Shown one piece after another: positions 8,765 through 17,522 of a DNA stretch of 55,171 bases. The notes below the pieces were generated by a model, which did not search any database, was not told the DNA's origin, and was given only the letters and a program-made list of their open reading frames with translations. Position 1 is the stretch's first letter; each line of letters starts with the position of its first letter. Source of the DNA: a virus; IMG/VR virus record IMGVR_UViG_3300012971_000890. One strand, 5' to 3'. The position numbers and the translations under genes are program-made.

Positions 8765-9298
8765 TCACCCCAGAATCTCGCACTCAATGTTGTTAACGTC
8801 CTGCAACCTTGCCCAGAAACGCCGATTAGGCATCTTGGCGTCCTTGCCGCCATAGCAGACCAAAGGACATTTCTCGACCTTGAAGGTGATCGAGTCAAAG
8901 GCTTCGGCACCTTGGCGGATGTAGTAACGGTCGATGGCCAGCACCGTGGTCGCCGGCAGGTTAACCTCGATATATGGCAATGGTACTTGCGTCAGGAAGG
9001 ATTTGTAAACCTCATCTTTCGGTTCTTTCGATTTTTCCGCCTTGTAGACGGTGAAACCTGCCGATTTGAAACTGGCAAGCAGTGTCTTCCACTCCTCGCG
9101 GCCCCGCTTGGACCAACCCGGCTCCTCGCCCTTGCCATACCACTTTTCCAGATGGCGGACCCAGGGGATGGTGACCTTCTTGCTGCCGTCCAGCACGGCG
9201 GCGAGGACGGTGGCGTTGCGGCTCTCGAAATATAGCCGGAAGTACCATTCTTCCTGTAAAGCGATCAACGCCCCCAGGGGCGGGATGCAGAGTCGCAT
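8765..9298 (-). CDS. hypothetical protein
   Basis: 177-aa ORF. Confidence 0.45.
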   Translation of the reverse strand: MRLCIPPLGALIALQEEWYFRLYFESRNATVLAAVLDGSKKVTIPWVRHLEKWYGKGEEPGWSKRGREEWKTLLASFKSAGFTVYKAEKSKEPKDEVYKSFLTQVPLPYIEVNLPATTVLAIDRYYIRQGAEAFDSITFKVEKCPLVCYGGKDAKMPNRRFWARLQDVNNIECEILG

Positions 9299-9299
9299 G

Positions 9300-9962
9300 T
9301 CACTCTCCGTACTGTTCCCAGCCGTCGCCCCAGCGCTTTTTTAATTCCGCGAGGTAGCTGTGAGTCTTGATTTTACGCATCCACAGGCGGTGGCCGGTGC
9401 CGCCCTTGGCGACTACCCCCTCGCAGACCGGGTAGCGACCCTCCCGCACGTCGAGGACGAACTTCTCGGTGAACGGACCCTGATAGATAACGGTGGCCAC
9501 CGGAAGATGTCCGAATACCCGGACAAATTCTTGCGGCTCCACCAGTCCTTTCTTGTGCAGGTTCACGTCGAGCAGCATCACGTCCTTCGGGTCGTTGTGC
9601 GGGGCCTGGATGACCATGTGGTTGGGGTCGTGCTGCCCGCTAAACGACACCGGCCCGAAGAATTCGCAATAGGCGATGGCATCGGTTATGCGGGGGTAGC
9701 GGTCGCGGAGAGTTTTTTCAATTGCCTCCGCATATTTTGCCTGGAATATCGGGATGGCGCAGCCATATTCCGGGTCAGCAAAGTCAAAAACGCGGCGGCG
9801 GGTGCCGAATTGCCACCAACCCTTCTTTTTATTCCACTCAAAGCGGAGGTTGGACCCGTCGTATTTGAAAAACGCCACGCATGGCTCGCCCAGGGGCGGC
9901 TTCACGCTCGCGCCGTCGATGCTCCAGTATTCCTTCATGTGCAGCCACCACTCGGCCTTCAC
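9300..9962 (-). CDS. ATP-dependent RNA ligase-like nucleotidyltransferase (minimal NTase domain)
   Basis: Motif I KYDGSN, motif IV CEGVVAKG, motif V MRKIKT in ligase order. Confidence 0.5.
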   Translation of the reverse strand: MKAEWWLHMKEYWSIDGASVKPPLGEPCVAFFKYDGSNLRFEWNKKKGWWQFGTRRRVFDFADPEYGCAIPIFQAKYAEAIEKTLRDRYPRITDAIAYCEFFGPVSFSGQHDPNHMVIQAPHNDPKDVMLLDVNLHKKGLVEPQEFVRVFGHLPVATVIYQGPFTEKFVLDVREGRYPVCEGVVAKGGTGHRLWMRKIKTHSYLAELKKRWGDGWEQYGE

Positions 9963-10463
9963 TTGACCACCTTTGTCACCATCACGTCGTTATTGACGGG
10001 GCCTAGCTTCTCCGTCGTCAGCGTTGTTTCCGGCACCAGAACCCGCACCGCCTCCAACGCCTTGTCCCACGTCTCGTACTTGTCCACCGTCCATTCCTTG
10101 GGGCTGGTTCGACGCCACACTACGAAGCACCCTTTCGTAGTAGTCGTCGTAGCGGCGGCAGGCTTCTCGACCTTCTTCCGTGATCGTCCAGCCATTCTCG
10201 TGTTTCTCCACCCACCCGTAGCGCTCCAGGTGGCTCATATAATAGCGCTTCAGCTTGGGGTAGCCGCAGTCAAGGGTGTCATAACCTTCGGGATTTAAGA
10301 AGGTTTCCAGTTGGGGCACCCTGAACCGCCAATATATTCGCTCCTGGTCGCTGTATTTGTTCCCTGGCAGGTGCGGCCACTTGCCGATAATTAGCTTCCG
10401 CCCCTCCGCGAGCCAGTGAAGGGTCTGGTGCTGGTTCCAGGTGGGAATGCGTGGTTTGGCCAT
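9959..10463 (-). pseudogene. hypothetical gene with an apparent frame change near 10130 (N-terminal frame 9990..10463, C-terminal frame 9959..10195)
   Basis: Two overlapping ORFs; each has a protein-like half and a low-complexity half that complement one another. Confidence 0.35.
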
Positions 10464-10470
10464 TGGTCGT

Positions 10471-10507
10471 TTCCAAAAGCTGGCCAGGTGCTAGGCACCT
10501 GGCCAGC
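10471..10507 (-). terminator. terminator-like hairpin GCUGGCCAGGUGC-loop-GCACCUGGCCAGC followed by UUUU (copy 1 of a repeated element)
   Basis: 13-bp perfect stem, directly upstream of the 10463 start codon. Confidence 0.5.
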
Positions 10508-10523
10508 CTGCTGGGCTGCCCCT

Positions 10524-10691
10524 TACTTCCTTCCCGGTCGTCCGGTCTTGCGCTGGTACTCCTCCGCGCTTAGCCACCGCCCTTCCGCCTTCTTCTGGCG
10601 GATGGCGCTTTCCTTGTAGGTCTGGGACGCCCGCTTGTTGAAGCTCGACACGTTCTCGCCCTTCTGGCGGAACAGTTTCCCGAAGAAACCC
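10524..10691 (-). CDS. small basic protein (56 aa, MGFFGKLFRQKGENVSSFNKRASQTYKESAIRQKKAEGRWLSAEEYQRKTGRPGRK)
   Basis: Not in the ORF track (below 60 aa); strong RBS AAAGGAGG 6 nt before ATG; followed by a terminator hairpin. Confidence 0.35.
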
Positions 10692-10747
10692 ATCTCAGCC
10701 TCCTTTCGGGCGATGGAAACAGGAACAGAACCACGCCACTTCTATAC

Positions 10748-11230
10748 TCATTGCCGCGCTCGCAGATAATTTCCGATCACTTCCATCGCCCGGTTGGAGG
10801 TGCCGAAGTACAGGTCGTGGCCATCCTCCAGCGACTCGATCCAACGCTCCTTGTTTTTGCACAGCTTCTCGTAAAAACCGATGCTGAGCCAGGCGACGTA
10901 CTCCGGCGGGGTGAAGTCCAATAGTTGGACCCCGGTGGTCCAGTTCCAATAAGTGACGGCGCGGCCCATAATGTCTTCGAGGCCGTCGTAGTCATGGTCT
11001 TCGGGGTCCACGCCTTCTGGGCAGGCCGTCTTGCGGCGCATCCAGTTGTCCCACTCGTGGCGGGTGTTGATGTCTCCGGTGTGCTGGACCGGGCTGAGCG
11101 GGTAGCCATCCATATCCACGGGGTAGGCTTCCACAAGCTCCCAATAACGGTGGGTGCGGCGGCGGTCCTCGTCGGGCGGGGCCTTGTACTGCCAGTAACA
11201 GATCACGCCATCCGGGATGCGCTCGCTCAT
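10748..11230 (-). CDS. hypothetical protein
   Basis: 160-aa ORF. Confidence 0.45.
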   Translation of the reverse strand: MSERIPDGVICYWQYKAPPDEDRRRTHRYWELVEAYPVDMDGYPLSPVQHTGDINTRHEWDNWMRRKTACPEGVDPEDHDYDGLEDIMGRAVTYWNWTTGVQLLDFTPPEYVAWLSIGFYEKLCKNKERWIESLEDGHDLYFGTSNRAMEVIGNYLRARQ

Positions 11231-11789
11231 AAATCCAGGTTCACCTTTCCTTTTTGGAGGGCCACGGAGTCCTCCACGATCTTCTCCACCCGGTTGCGCT
11301 CCTCGGTCAGCTTGTCTTTATAATTGGCGAGGGTCCACCCGTCAACGTTTTCGAGAGTCCAGCAGTTTTCGCCCTGCATCGGGAACCAGTATTCCTTGCC
11401 GTTGGCGAGCAGAAGAGGCACCCCGTCCGCAATGCGAAGGCCGCATTCCGCCGCCAAGCGCTCGGCGGTGGCGCGGTCCTCGATGGGAATGCCGACCACG
11501 AAGAACTGCATCGGGTCTTCCTGGGGCCAGTTGACGATGGTGAGCCGGTAGCGGGAATTCTTGGCCGTGCCGGGGCGGTAGTGTTCGTGTTCAAGGCGGG
11601 TGACGAACTCCGCAATACCGGGACGCACGGTGGCTCCGATGATATTGAACACGGTCTTGTCGGCAGCGAAGACTTCCAGGGGGATGTAATTGTTGACCGG
11701 CTCGGCATAGTTGTTGCCGTCCGGCCCTTCAAGCAACATCACCACCGGCGAAGTGTGGTAAATCGGTTCCAAGGGTTCGTCGCTCACGG
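11227..11789 (-). CDS. hypothetical protein (GTG start after RBS GCAGGAGAA)
   Basis: The track's N-terminal extension is the Arg-rich alternate frame of the Lys-rich small gene; a GTG with a good RBS lies at 11789. Confidence 0.45.
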
Positions 11790-11830
11790 GTTCTCCTGCG
11801 GGCAACTGCCCGCGCCTTTTATCAACGTCA

Positions 11831-11992
11831 GCCCCCTGGGTCGCACTTATAAATCGCCGCTCCCAGCGAATGAGAGCGGATGTCGGCCAAGTGCTGCTCC
11901 ATCGTCTTCTGCTCGAACTTGATGACTTTGACGCTTTTCTTGGCCTTCTTGGATTTCTTGGCCTTCTTGGATTTCTTGTCCTTCTTGGCCAT
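11831..11992 (-). CDS. small lysine-rich protein (MAKKDKKSKKAKKSKKAKKSVKV...), histone/H1-like basic N-terminal repeats
   Basis: ATG with GGAGGT RBS immediately after a hairpin; KKxKK repeats; 53 aa, not in track. Confidence 0.4.
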
Positions 11993-12014
11993 CGCTTAGA
12001 CCTCCATAATAGAA

Positions 12015-12041
12015 CTGGCCAGGTGTGGGCCACCTGGCCAG
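12015..12041 (-). terminator. terminator-like hairpin CUGGCCAGGUG-loop-CACCUGGCCAG (copy 2 of the repeated element)
   Basis: 11-bp stem between the 12070 gene stop and the RBS of the Lys-rich gene. Confidence 0.45.
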
Positions 12042-12069
12042 TGTCCCAGGAGTACCCGCAGGTTGGGAC

Positions 12070-12510
12070 TTAGTTCAACAACGGGTCAACCTTCTTTCGG
12101 TACTTCGGGCGGTTGACGATGCCGCCGACCACGCTCTGGCTGGCCGGAATGCAGGTCGGGACGATCTTCTTCCCTTCCTTCAACAGCACCACAAACAGGA
12201 CATCATCGTGGACCAGAAATGCGAAGCGTTCGTAGCCGTAGCGGTTATAAATCCGCTCCATGAAGACCGAGTTGTTGGTATAGGACCGTTCCTCGTGGGC
12301 TTTGAACAGGCGGGCGGCGAGGATGCAGTCCAGACGGTGACGGCCAACTTTGGCCTCTTCATGTAGATCGAACGCCAGGTCCACACAAGTTGGGCAGCTT
12401 TGTTTCCGGCAGAGTCGCAAATGGTCGTAGTGTTTCTTGTTTTCAAACCGTTCGACGTACCGTTCGCGCAGGTGGTTGGTCAGGATGAACTCAGGCTGTT
12501 TGCCCTCCAT
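12070..12510 (-). CDS. hypothetical protein
   Basis: 146-aa ORF followed by a terminator-like hairpin. Confidence 0.45.
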   Translation of the reverse strand: MEGKQPEFILTNHLRERYVERFENKKHYDHLRLCRKQSCPTCVDLAFDLHEEAKVGRHRLDCILAARLFKAHEERSYTNNSVFMERIYNRYGYERFAFLVHDDVLFVVLLKEGKKIVPTCIPASQSVVGGIVNRPKYRKKVDPLLN

Positions 12511-12538
12511 TTCAATGCCCTTCCTCCGTTAAGGGACC

Positions 12539-12575
12539 AGAAAAAAGCCCGCCCAGGCGCGGGGCCTGGGCGGGC
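12539..12575 (-). terminator. rho-independent terminator (minus strand)
   Basis: Stem GCCCGCCCAGGC/GCCUGGGCGGGC followed by UUUUUU. Confidence 0.65.
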
Positions 12576-12585
12576 GACACGACGC

Positions 12586-13512
12586 TCAGACATCACTGTT
12601 GCCGATGATGTCGCCGGCAATCCCCTTCAGCCGCTCGACCTTCTCGGCGGGCGTGTCATTCAGACCCAGCTTCGCCTTGCCGACGAAGTGGACCGGCGAG
12701 AACACGCGGAAGATGGCCTTGACGTGATCCAGGGCCTTGGCGTAGACCGGGACGCGACCAATGACGCCCTTCTTGACCGTGACCTGCGGGGTCGTCACCA
12801 GCACCAGCTTGCGCTCCTCCGGCGTCAACTCGTTCTGGACGAACCCCATGATCTTCTTGGCCACGGCCTTTTCCTCGTCGGTGGCCTCCTTGAAGTCCTT
12901 GCCTTCCTGGTGGCCGAACAGCAACTCGTTGAAGGCCCGCAGGCTCTTCACCGGGCGCATCTCGACCTCGTTGGCCAGGAACGCCTCGGCCTGCTCCTTG
13001 GGGACGCCCATCTCGGTCAGCAGGCGCACGGTCGCCGCCTGAATGGTTTCGCCCTCGGCGGGTTCGGGCATGTGGATGTTATTCTTGGTGAAGCGGTCCT
13101 GCACCTGGAACAACGCCTCCATGTCGCGCTTGCCGGGCTGGCCGTCCTTGTCGAGCTTGAGGGCGGGGTTAGTCGGCTGGGACTTGTACTTCCAAAGCGA
13201 CTCCTGCCAGAGATCGAACACGGCGCGGTCAACCTCGGCCTCGCTGTTCTCGGCACGCTTCAGGACGATCTCAGCCAGCACCTTGGAGCCGACGAAGCGC
13301 TTGAACGCCTCGACCACGGCGGGCGGCAGTGGAACTTCGGGCCGCTCGGCCTTCTTCCCTTTCTCCTTGACGGTGGCCGAACCGTCGTCGCCCAGGGCGT
13401 CGAACAGATCGTCACCGGCGGGAGCGCCACGGACGGCGGCGGGGATGGAGTGGGCGGGCTGGGAGCCGGTGGCGGGCTGGGAACCGGCGGGGGTGGAACG
13501 GGAACGAGCCAT
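12586..13512 (-). CDS. hypothetical protein, 308 aa
   Basis: Downstream of a TTTACA promoter copy (RBS GAGGAGGA) and followed by a terminator. Confidence 0.5.
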   Translation of the reverse strand: MARSRSTPAGSQPATGSQPAHSIPAAVRGAPAGDDLFDALGDDGSATVKEKGKKAERPEVPLPPAVVEAFKRFVGSKVLAEIVLKRAENSEAEVDRAVFDLWQESLWKYKSQPTNPALKLDKDGQPGKRDMEALFQVQDRFTKNNIHMPEPAEGETIQAATVRLLTEMGVPKEQAEAFLANEVEMRPVKSLRAFNELLFGHQEGKDFKEATDEEKAVAKKIMGFVQNELTPEERKLVLVTTPQVTVKKGVIGRVPVYAKALDHVKAIFRVFSPVHFVGKAKLGLNDTPAEKVERLKGIAGDIIGNSDV

Positions 13513-13600
13513 TGGTCAAATCCTCCTCGAAGCCGGCGACTGTAGGCCCCCAGCACTCGCGGCTGGTACAGGGCTTAGGGCACCGGAATCGAACAACTGC

Positions 13601-13629
13601 ATTTTACTGTGGCAATCGCGGGTTGTAAA
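13601..13629 (-). promoter_or_regulatory. phage promoter, CTTTACAAC-N17-TAAAAT
   Basis: Upstream of the 12586..13512 gene. Confidence 0.65.
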
Positions 13630-13664
13630 GCCGCGATTCCTTCTGACCATACCGCCCCTGACTT

Positions 13665-14009
13665 TCACTGGTGTTCACGATTTTCCTTCGACGCCTGGGA
13701 ATTTTCATCCTCATCCGGCTCCCCCAGGCGCTCGATGGCGCGGTCCTGCTGGAGCATGATGATCTTGGCCTTGAGCAGCGTGATCTTCTCACGCCGTATC
13801 TTCTTTTCCTTCTTGAGTTTGCTCTCCTGCTTGAGCATGTCCTGGCGAAACTCGGCGTAGGCGCGGTGGTGTTCCTCGCAGCGCGGTTCGGGGAGAATCT
13901 TGAGCAACTTCTCGATACCGGGGAGGAATTCGGCGTCCTTGCGCTCCATCTCATCGAGGGCGTCGAGGATGGTGTCCAGGTCGGCGTCGGTAAACTCAGG
14001 CTTGGCCAT
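13665..14009 (-). CDS. hypothetical coiled-coil protein
   Basis: 114-aa charged, helical-looking ORF. Confidence 0.45.
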   Translation of the reverse strand: MAKPEFTDADLDTILDALDEMERKDAEFLPGIEKLLKILPEPRCEEHHRAYAEFRQDMLKQESKLKKEKKIRREKITLLKAKIIMLQQDRAIERLGEPDEDENSQASKENREHQ

Positions 14010-14018
14010 GCTGCTCTC

Positions 14019-15047
14019 CTACTTGATGTTGAGGGAGTTGCAGAAACGGGTTGCCACGTCCAATACTACCTCCCGATCCTGCAAACCGTCTACCAGATTT
14101 CGGGGGAATATCGCCGGCCCGTGCAGGGCACCCAGCAGCGCCGCCAGCATGGAGCCGTTGGTGTCGGTATCCCCACCAGCCGACACGCAGTCAAACAGGG
14201 CGTCGATGGAGAGGGGGTTCTTCACGAAGAACATATAAGTGAAGGGCAGCGAGTTGAAAATATAGCAGTTGCCGCCCCCGAAGGCTTCGCTGATCTTGGC
14301 CGCGTCCTCATAGTCCTGGTGGTTGTAGAGCAGTTTGAGGGCGGCGTGCAGGTCGTCGTCGCCTTCGTCTTTACTTTTGGGGAATCGCTTGTCCTTGCCC
14401 ATCAAAGCGGCACCCACCACGCAATTTATAAAGGAATGGGTGCGGAAGTCCTGTGGGTCGCTGGTAAGGCATTTGAAAACGGCGAACGCCTGGCACAAGC
14501 CGCTTTGCACGGCCATGCGGGCGTCATGGGTCATACGGGAAAAGTAGTCGATGGTTTGGAGGCTTTCGGCCCAGGCCGGCTCCTTGCATTCGGGGTTGGT
14601 AACGGCCATTTGCGCCCCGATGGGGGCGATCTTCATGGGTATGCCGTTGCCAGTGCCGCGCTTCGGCTCAGTCGTCTTCCCCGACTTGTTCCACGGCACC
14701 CCGGTGGCAAGGCGGGCAACCGCTTCTCTGGTTGTTTTTCCCCAGCCGCGCACGCTCTTCTGATATTCAACAATGTGCCACGCGGCGATGGCGTTCATGT
14801 CCACGGTGCCGTAGGGCGACTCGATAATGCCTTCGGCGGTGGCCTTGGTCAGTTGCCAGTCGTCGGTGGTGGTCCCCCGTGAGTCGTGGTCGAAGTATTT
14901 GTGGCTGGCGCAGTCCTCATAGGAGGTAATGCGACCGTAGCGCTTCTGAATATTTTCCAGGCTCGCGCTCTCGGCGGGCTTACCCAGGGCGTCCCCAATG
15001 GCGATGCCCAGGAACATGCCGTTGATCCGGTCGCGGGTGATGGTCAT
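14019..15047 (-). CDS. ADP-ribosylglycohydrolase (DraG/ARH3 family)
   Basis: N-terminal GMFLGIAIGDALG, then GWGKTT, GNG and SAGGDTDTN in the family order; start taken at MTITRDRI. Confidence 0.75.
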   Translation of the reverse strand: MTITRDRINGMFLGIAIGDALGKPAESASLENIQKRYGRITSYEDCASHKYFDHDSRGTTTDDWQLTKATAEGIIESPYGTVDMNAIAAWHIVEYQKSVRGWGKTTREAVARLATGVPWNKSGKTTEPKRGTGNGIPMKIAPIGAQMAVTNPECKEPAWAESLQTIDYFSRMTHDARMAVQSGLCQAFAVFKCLTSDPQDFRTHSFINCVVGAALMGKDKRFPKSKDEGDDDLHAALKLLYNHQDYEDAAKISEAFGGGNCYIFNSLPFTYMFFVKNPLSIDALFDCVSAGGDTDTNGSMLAALLGALHGPAIFPRNLVDGLQDREVVLDVATRFCNSLNIK

Positions 15048-15453
15048 TGCGTTTCTCTCCGGGCAGGGGTTTGAAGGCGTCATCGCCTGTCGCCAGGTCC
15101 ACCATTTCGCGGGCGGAAAGCGCCTTGCGCCAGGCGGCGAGCTTGTTGGCGAACTCCCGCTCGCCGGCCTCGCACAGTTTCTTCCACTCCAGACTCAGGA
15201 AGGCGTCCACCTTGCCGACGATGAAATCCTTCCACTGATGCAGCTTCATCTCGTATTCATCGTAGAGGCGAAGCTCCAGGGTTGCACATTTATTGCGCTC
15301 GGCACGCAACATCCGGTAGGCTTCTTCGTACCCTTCTTCGAGGGCACGCTCCATTTCATTCTTCACGTCCGAGAGTTTTTGCTTATATTCTTCTTCCAAC
15401 TCGGCACGCACTTCGGCCTTAATCGCGGCCCGGTCCATCCAGTAGTTTTCCAT
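14980..15453 (-). CDS. hypothetical coiled-coil protein (3-prime end overlaps the ARH gene start)
   Basis: 157-aa ORF; the last ~25 residues look like an alternate frame of the ARH N-terminus. Confidence 0.4.
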   Translation of the reverse strand: MENYWMDRAAIKAEVRAELEEEYKQKLSDVKNEMERALEEGYEEAYRMLRAERNKCATLELRLYDEYEMKLHQWKDFIVGKVDAFLSLEWKKLCEAGEREFANKLAAWRKALSAREMVDLATGDDAFKPLPGEKRNDHHPRPDQRHVPGHRHWGRPG

Positions 15454-15465
15454 AACTTGGCATCC

Positions 15466-16032
15466 TTATATTTTGCCCAACTTCTTATACATGAGCAGTA
15501 CCGGCCAGGTCTTGGAGGAAATCTTGTTACGACTCACGCAGAGGGCGCAGACCTCGTTGAAGTCCATCAAGTGGACCTCGATCTCCTCGGTGGCCTCGTG
15601 GTGGTCGTGGGACACGGTGCCCTCGCACTCGCAGTATACCATGACCACCGACTCGTCAGAAAGGCCCGCCGATGAATAGAGCGGCGGGCTGATGTCGGTA
15701 ATGCCGGTCAGCGTCAGCCCGGTTTCCTCGTGTAACTCGCGCTTGGCGTCGGATACCGCGTCGGCTTCGGCAAGGCCGGCGGGAAAGGCATACTCGGTGT
15801 CGGCCAGGGGGATGCGGTATTCGCGGATCAGAACCAGCCTGCGGTTGCCGGCGGGGTCAACATGGACGGGAATCACGATCACAGCGTCAGGCTTGGGCTG
15901 GCCCTGGCTCACCGGGTTCTTCTTGCGGGAGGCGAAAATCCAATCACCTTCCTGGCCCCGGTTCTTCCAGTGAACCGAGAACAGGTTAAGCCAACGAAAG
16001 TCGGTGAGTTTCTTAGGCGGTGTTACCTGCAC
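15466..16032 (-). CDS. Nudix hydrolase (ADP-ribose pyrophosphatase-like)
   Basis: Nudix box GLAEADAVSDAKRELHEETGL (Gx5Ex7REUxEExGU). Confidence 0.75.
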   Translation of the reverse strand: MQVTPPKKLTDFRWLNLFSVHWKNRGQEGDWIFASRKKNPVSQGQPKPDAVIVIPVHVDPAGNRRLVLIREYRIPLADTEYAFPAGLAEADAVSDAKRELHEETGLTLTGITDISPPLYSSAGLSDESVVMVYCECEGTVSHDHHEATEEIEVHLMDFNEVCALCVSRNKISSKTWPVLLMYKKLGKI

Positions 16033-16276
16033 GTTTATCCCCCAGAAGTTTGAACTTGATCCCGTTCTCCTCCATCAAGACAATTGTGGAGAGGTAGATC
16101 AAGTCGTCGGTGTCCACCCCGCAGACCCCGACCAGGAAACCAAGGTGGATGTCCTCCTCGGTCTTTTTCAAAAGGCCGATGGCATCAACCGCCGCGCGCC
16201 TCGCGGATCGGCGGTTGATGCGGACGTTGAAATCCCCACTGCTCACTATAAATTCGGGCATGTTTTGCTCCTTCAA
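16013..16276 (-). CDS. hypothetical small protein
   Basis: 87-aa ORF. Confidence 0.35.
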   Translation of the reverse strand: MKEQNMPEFIVSSGDFNVRINRRSARRAAVDAIGLLKKTEEDIHLGFLVGVCGVDTDDLIYLSTIVLMEENGIKFKLLGDKRAGNTA

Positions 16277-16294
16277 ATAACAGAGTCCCTTCTG

Positions 16295-17383
16295 TTAGCC
16301 GTCGTCGTCCGACAAATCAGCGAACAGCCGGTTGGGGTACTTCAGCTTGTATCCCTCCAGCAGACGAGTTTTGATGCCCTCCTCGACACTGCGCTTGTCA
16401 AACGCCGTCATGAGCGACCCAAAAATCTGCGGGTACTCATTCTTGGCGAACCAGGCATAATCCTTGCGCAGTTTATCTGGCGGCGGGTCACCCACCCCCG
16501 CCACTAGCATTATAGACGCTGCGGTTTCGCGGACACGCTTGGTTTCGTGCAAAAGGTCAAGCTGGGCTTCGGTGTAAATCTCGCGCAGCTTTTCCTTGTG
16601 GCGGTCGGGGGCCTTGGCGATTAAGTCATCCATTAGGTCATCGAAAACGACCTCGTAGAGACGATAGGCCGGGCGCATCAAAGCGTCCACCGCACGGTGG
16701 CGCTCCAAATACCAGTTGCACTTCGCCTTCACCCAGAGGCCATTCTCAAGAACCACAACGTAGCCCTCAAACTCCTCCTTGTCAAGATGGCCAAACAGAT
16801 CGGCAAACGCGAAGTCGTACTGCTGCGCGGCGTCAGGATAGCGGGGGTAATAACTGTACTCGCCCGTGGCCCGGCACCGGGAATGCAGGTACACCAGGCG
16901 GGGGCGGGGATATTCCACCACGATCTGATTGTGAGGGGCGACAAATTCAAAAATCGGCGTGCAGCCCCTTCGCACATCCGCCACAATGTCGTCCACCATC
17001 CCCAGGCTGCGGGCCAACCGCATCGCCTGCTGCGCCTGCGGCGTCTCGCAAGACATTCGCGTGGACGCCCGCAGATCGCCCTTCCATTCAAAGAAGTGGA
17101 CCATCGAGCCGTCGAGCTTTTCGTAGACCCTGCCGTTCAGATGGCAGAGCTTGTGGTACTGCGTGTCTTCCGTCTGACCCACGTTGAAGAACTTGTGGAG
17201 AGGCAGGGAAACGATTTCCCCGGTGGCCTCGGCAAAAGTGATGCCACGGAATTCGCGGCGGATGCCGTCGAACGACCCTGGGAACTGGAGCAGGTAGTTG
17301 ATGCAAACCAAGCCATCGTACCGTTTTACGAGGAATTCCTCACGGCCTTCCAGGGCAACCAGGGCTTCGGGCAGCTTGAGCAT
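16295..17383 (-). CDS. RNA ligase, T4 Rnl1-like family
   Basis: 362 aa (T4 Rnl1 is 374 aa); motif I EKLDGS, motif IV EGYVVV, motif V LWVKAK; a TTTACA promoter copy lies immediately upstream. Confidence 0.65.
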   Translation of the reverse strand: MLKLPEALVALEGREEFLVKRYDGLVCINYLLQFPGSFDGIRREFRGITFAEATGEIVSLPLHKFFNVGQTEDTQYHKLCHLNGRVYEKLDGSMVHFFEWKGDLRASTRMSCETPQAQQAMRLARSLGMVDDIVADVRRGCTPIFEFVAPHNQIVVEYPRPRLVYLHSRCRATGEYSYYPRYPDAAQQYDFAFADLFGHLDKEEFEGYVVVLENGLWVKAKCNWYLERHRAVDALMRPAYRLYEVVFDDLMDDLIAKAPDRHKEKLREIYTEAQLDLLHETKRVRETAASIMLVAGVGDPPPDKLRKDYAWFAKNEYPQIFGSLMTAFDKRSVEEGIKTRLLEGYKLKYPNRLFADLSDDDG

Positions 17384-17388
17384 ATCAC

Positions 17389-17417
17389 ATTTTACTTCGG
17401 ATTGTGCGGGTTGTAAA
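17389..17417 (-). promoter_or_regulatory. phage promoter, GTTTACAAC-N17-TAAAAT, preceded by an A-rich UP-like tract
   Basis: 5 nt upstream of the Rnl1-like gene start. Confidence 0.65.
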
Positions 17418-17486
17418 CTTGGGTTTTTTGTTTTGCAACCCTATATAGGTGCGGAGGGAACCGTGAAAACGCCAAGGACTTGCAGC

Positions 17487-17515
17487 ATTATCGCATCTAC
17501 CCCGAATTGTATCAA
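17487..17515 (-). promoter_or_regulatory. second, canonical sigma-70-like promoter TTGATA-N17-GATAAT in tandem
   Basis: About 100 nt upstream of the Rnl1-like gene. Confidence 0.4.
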
Positions 17516-17522
17516 GGCCGGC

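Noticed and set aside
9255-9285. Thirteenth match to TTTACA-N17 on the minus strand
   Set aside because: It lies inside the coding region of 8765..9298 (encoding ...ALIALQEEWYF...) and has a poor -10 (GGCTAT), so it is coincidental.
11307-11732. 141-aa minus-strand ORF, also 22372..22773 and 22523..23020
   Set aside because: These are alternate frames of genuine genes with extreme Arg/Pro/Ser bias.
13585-13600. tRNA-like T-loop string GTTCGATTCC on the minus strand
   Set aside because: No acceptor, D or anticodon stems can be drawn around it. It sits in the transcribed 5-prime leader of the 12586..13512 gene. No tRNA is called anywhere in the window.
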